64,000 nt of DNA, taken from the NCBI RefSeq assembly GCF_009914755.1, contig NC_060942.1; one strand, 5' to 3'. Positions 61,213 to 64,000 of the stretch are shown here, in pieces (within the stretch, counting starts at the first letter, position 1; each line of letters opens with the position of its first letter). The notes under the pieces are model-generated. The model was not told the DNA's origin and ran no database searches. It saw only the letters and a list, made by a program, of their open reading frames with translations. The position numbers and the translations under genes were made by a program. The DNA is from the human T2T-CHM13v2.0 reference genome, Homo sapiens.

Positions 61213-61568
61213 CCTTGGTTCTCAAACAATGGTCTGTGCCCAGCTCCAGCAGCATTGCGCACCTGGGAGCTTGGTGGAAATGCAGAGCCTCAGGCCCCAC
61301 TGCAGGCCTTGGGACTCAGAATCTGCATCTCGACCAGATCATCAGGCAACCCAAATGCACAGGAAAGCTCAAGAAGCACTAATCCGAGTTCTCATCGGGT
61401 GGTCCCCGACAAGCTTCATCAGCATAGCCAGGGACTTGTTAGAAGGGACATTCTCAGGTCCCACCTCAAACCTGCTGAGTCTGAAACTCTGGTGGTGGGA
61501 CCCAATGTTCTGAGATTTAATGAGTTTTCTGCGTGAGTCTGCTGCTCGCTCAGGTGGCAGAACCACTG
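61213..61568. mobile_element. Two adjacent MER5-family hAT MITEs (about 61213-61380 and 61385-61568)
   Basis: Each has GTTCTCA...CAGCAT...GGGA(G)CTTG...CTCAGG(C/T)CCCAC...GAA(G/C)CACT. Confidence 0.7.
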
Positions 61569-62339
61569 TTCTAGAGTCAACCCAGCAGCAGCTGCTCCAC
61601 GTCTTTATCTAAATGAGGAGCTGCTGATGAATCGGCTGTGTGGTCATAGCCTAGAAGACCAGCATACAAGCTGCAGGTTCCTGTGGAAGCCTCTCTGAAT
61701 TTCATTAGGTGCCAGATACTATCCTAAGGTCCCTGGAATCCCATTATGTATAAGACAATGTTCTTGCCCTCAAGATGATCAAAGTAAGTGACCTACTGAA
61801 TCTTTCTTTGGGGCCCAGAGATGCTCTCTCCTTCAACAATCTGGGAATGAAACTTCCTCTGATGTGTGTTCTTACAGCATTTCCATTTCTTGTTGCAGAG
61901 CTTTGCGTGTTTAAGAGATGAAGTTTTATTATAAGCCGTAGGGTCAAAAAAGGCCAGGCCAATCCCTGTGGGTATTCTGATTCCTCAAAGATAACTTTAC
62001 CCACCAAATACTACTGGATTCACTTGCCATCGTTCTGTTAGGATAAGACGCAAAGGGCACAGGCTGAGCTGGAGGAAGAAGGATAGGATCCTCACACTGG
62101 TTCTCTCACTCCATCAGATGGAAGAGGAAGGCGGGGGTGCTACAGTGAAGGAAGCTTAGAGTTTGTCGAATCATAGCAACTGAAAATAGAAGACACCCAG
62201 GGAAGACTCCCGCAGTGGCCCATGCAGCTCATGAATGCTGAGGCTTGGCTTGTGTAAGGCAATGTCAATGACAAATTATAATTTTTAATCCCTTGAAGGT
62301 GTAACTCTATGGTGGAAAAATGCATTCCTTATGATTTTA

Positions 62340-62419
62340 TTAGCTTGGTGCAAAAGCAATTGAAGTTTTTGCCCTTAAAAGTAACAGAAAAAAACACAAT
62401 AACTTCTGCACCATCCTAA
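62340..62419. mobile_element. MADE1 (Hsmar1-derived 80 bp palindromic MITE) with TA TSD
   Basis: TTAGCTTGGTGCAAAAGCAATTG...CAATAACTTCTGCACCATCCTAA; exactly 80 bp with TA on both sides. Confidence 0.9.
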
Positions 62420-62751
62420 TAATACAATTCTGGTTTAAACTTTTTTAATGGAAAAATCTTGATACGGTATCAAGTTCAAAAATGCTTTTAATTATGAAGG
62501 GCTGGTGGTTTGCCAGCACCCTGTAAACCCAGAGGGCATTACCTGACCTTCAAATCACATGGTCACACATTAGGAATGTAGTCTTTTACTCATCTTAACT
62601 ATATGCATACCAAAACATAAATCTCTCTCTCTCTGTTAAAAAATTATTTAACCAAAACTCCCCTGAAGCTACCTGAAATAAGAAGAAACAAAAAGACTAC
62701 TGAACAACCACAAGGGGTAAGGCACAGTGTCAGAGGCTGCAGGAGCCACAC

Positions 62752-62855
62752 GGAGGAAAATGAAGCACACTCCTGAATGTCACGCATGTGACGTCTAATG
62801 AAAGGAGGAAAATGAAGCCCACTCCTGAATGTCACGCATGTGACCTCTAATGAAA
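62752..62855 (+). repeat. 52 bp tandem duplication (2 copies, 50/52 identical)
   Basis: GGAGGAAAATGAAGC(A/C)CACTCCTGAATGTCACGCATGTGAC(G/C)TCTAATGAAA x2. Confidence 0.95.
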
Positions 62856-62979
62856 GGAACCACCACGCACTGAACCTCATTAATAAGGGAGAAATAACGC
62901 AGCAGTCCTGTGGGAAGGAGCACAGCTCAGCCTTAGAGATAGAACAGCTCCTGACCTGGGCTTTCTAGAGTGAACAGGG

Positions 62980-63775
62980 CATGGCATGTGGGGGAAAACG
63001 AAATATTCTGGTTGTCTTTGCCATGGACATCAAGAGTAGTGAATGGGAGAAAGGAAACCTGGGGACCAGTTAGGAGTCTCTGGAAATATTTCAGGTGAAG
63101 AGTGATGAGTGCAGCAGCAATGGACATAGAGAAGATGGTTTAAGAGGATATTTTGGAGATGGAATCATTGGAAGTTGGCAAATGTGAAGTCCAAAGTAAG
63201 TGAAAGCCGATTCAAAATGTGGAAGGCTGAATGAACTGGAGGAGGCGGTGATGGTCCCATCTTCCCCAATGTTGTGTCTTCACCTCAAAGGCTGTATATT
63301 ACAGGACAAGGCTCCGTAAGTATTTTTTGAAAGAGAAGAAGGTTTTGGAGTGAAGCTATTGAATTGGTTTAGGATACATGTTTGAAAATCAAAAGGCTGC
63401 TTCAGAAGCCTAATATGCAATAGGAAAATGTAGATCTGATGAGGTCTAGGGGTCGCTCTGGGAACCCTGTACGTGATGGTGGTGGTTGGACACGTAAAAG
63501 TAAGTAAACGCATCTTAGCAAAGCACACAGAGGGTGGAGGAAGAAAGCCAAGAATAGGATATCAGGCATATCTCCATTTAAGCCATAGGAGTTATCAGTG
63601 CAATCTGCAATTAAGAGCAGGCAGCGAGGTTTGAGGATGACCCGGAAAGCAGGATTACAGACAGTTCGGGAGGAAACATTTCTGATGAGGAAGATTACCT
63701 ATCCACACTTCCAAGCTTGTTGGAAGAAACCTCAAAGGAAGTTGATGAATTTAGCAATTAGAAGGTCACTAGTGC
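62980..63775 (-). mobile_element. L2 fragments
   Basis: GGGGACCAGTTAGGAG...CAGGTGAAGAGTGATG...GGACATAGAGAAGATGG...ATTTAGCAATTAGAAGGTCACT. Confidence 0.6.
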
Positions 63776-64000
63776 CAACCAAAGGCCTACAAAGGAGCAT
63801 AATTTGGCACATGTATTCAAATGTAAGACAGGTTACTCTTCACCCAATAATTCCATTCCAGGAAATTATCCTAGGGCATGAATTGTCATGAAGAATAAAG
63901 ATTTGAGTACCAGGAAATACAGCACTACATTGCTTATGGTCAGTTTCCACAGCCAGGATGGGTTAAATATATATAGTAAAATGTGGCACAGCAATTAAAA

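Noticed and set aside
60935-61513. 192-aa ORF
   Set aside because: Non-ATG start, second half runs through MER5 elements, no recognisable domain.

Overview
Primate, almost certainly human, genomic DNA: it contains L1HS-Ta, Alu, THE1, MIR, L2, MLT and Tigger elements. No host protein-coding exon, tRNA, rRNA or CRISPR array can be supported, so the window looks intergenic or deep-intronic. The dominant feature is a full-length L1HS Ta-0 retrotransposon (2219-8262) with one nonsense codon in each of ORF1 and ORF2 and an intact antisense ORF0. Its target-site duplication closes not after its own poly(A) but about 620 bp further on, after a second poly(A). This indicates a 3' transduction of an old L1MA fragment from an unknown source locus. 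The element also has a weakened poly(A) signal (ATTAAA) and a mutated YY1 site. Other items: a complete THE1 MaLR provirus, a three-level nest (Alu in Tigger1 in Tigger3b), a ~700 bp purine-pyrimidine expansion inside an MLT2 LTR, a ~290 bp polypurine Alu tail, an unexplained 137 bp direct duplication, a 52 bp tandem duplication and a MADE1 hairpin. I see no convincing wholly new biological system. Repeat subfamily calls come from remembered consensus sequences, and old-repeat boundaries are approximate.
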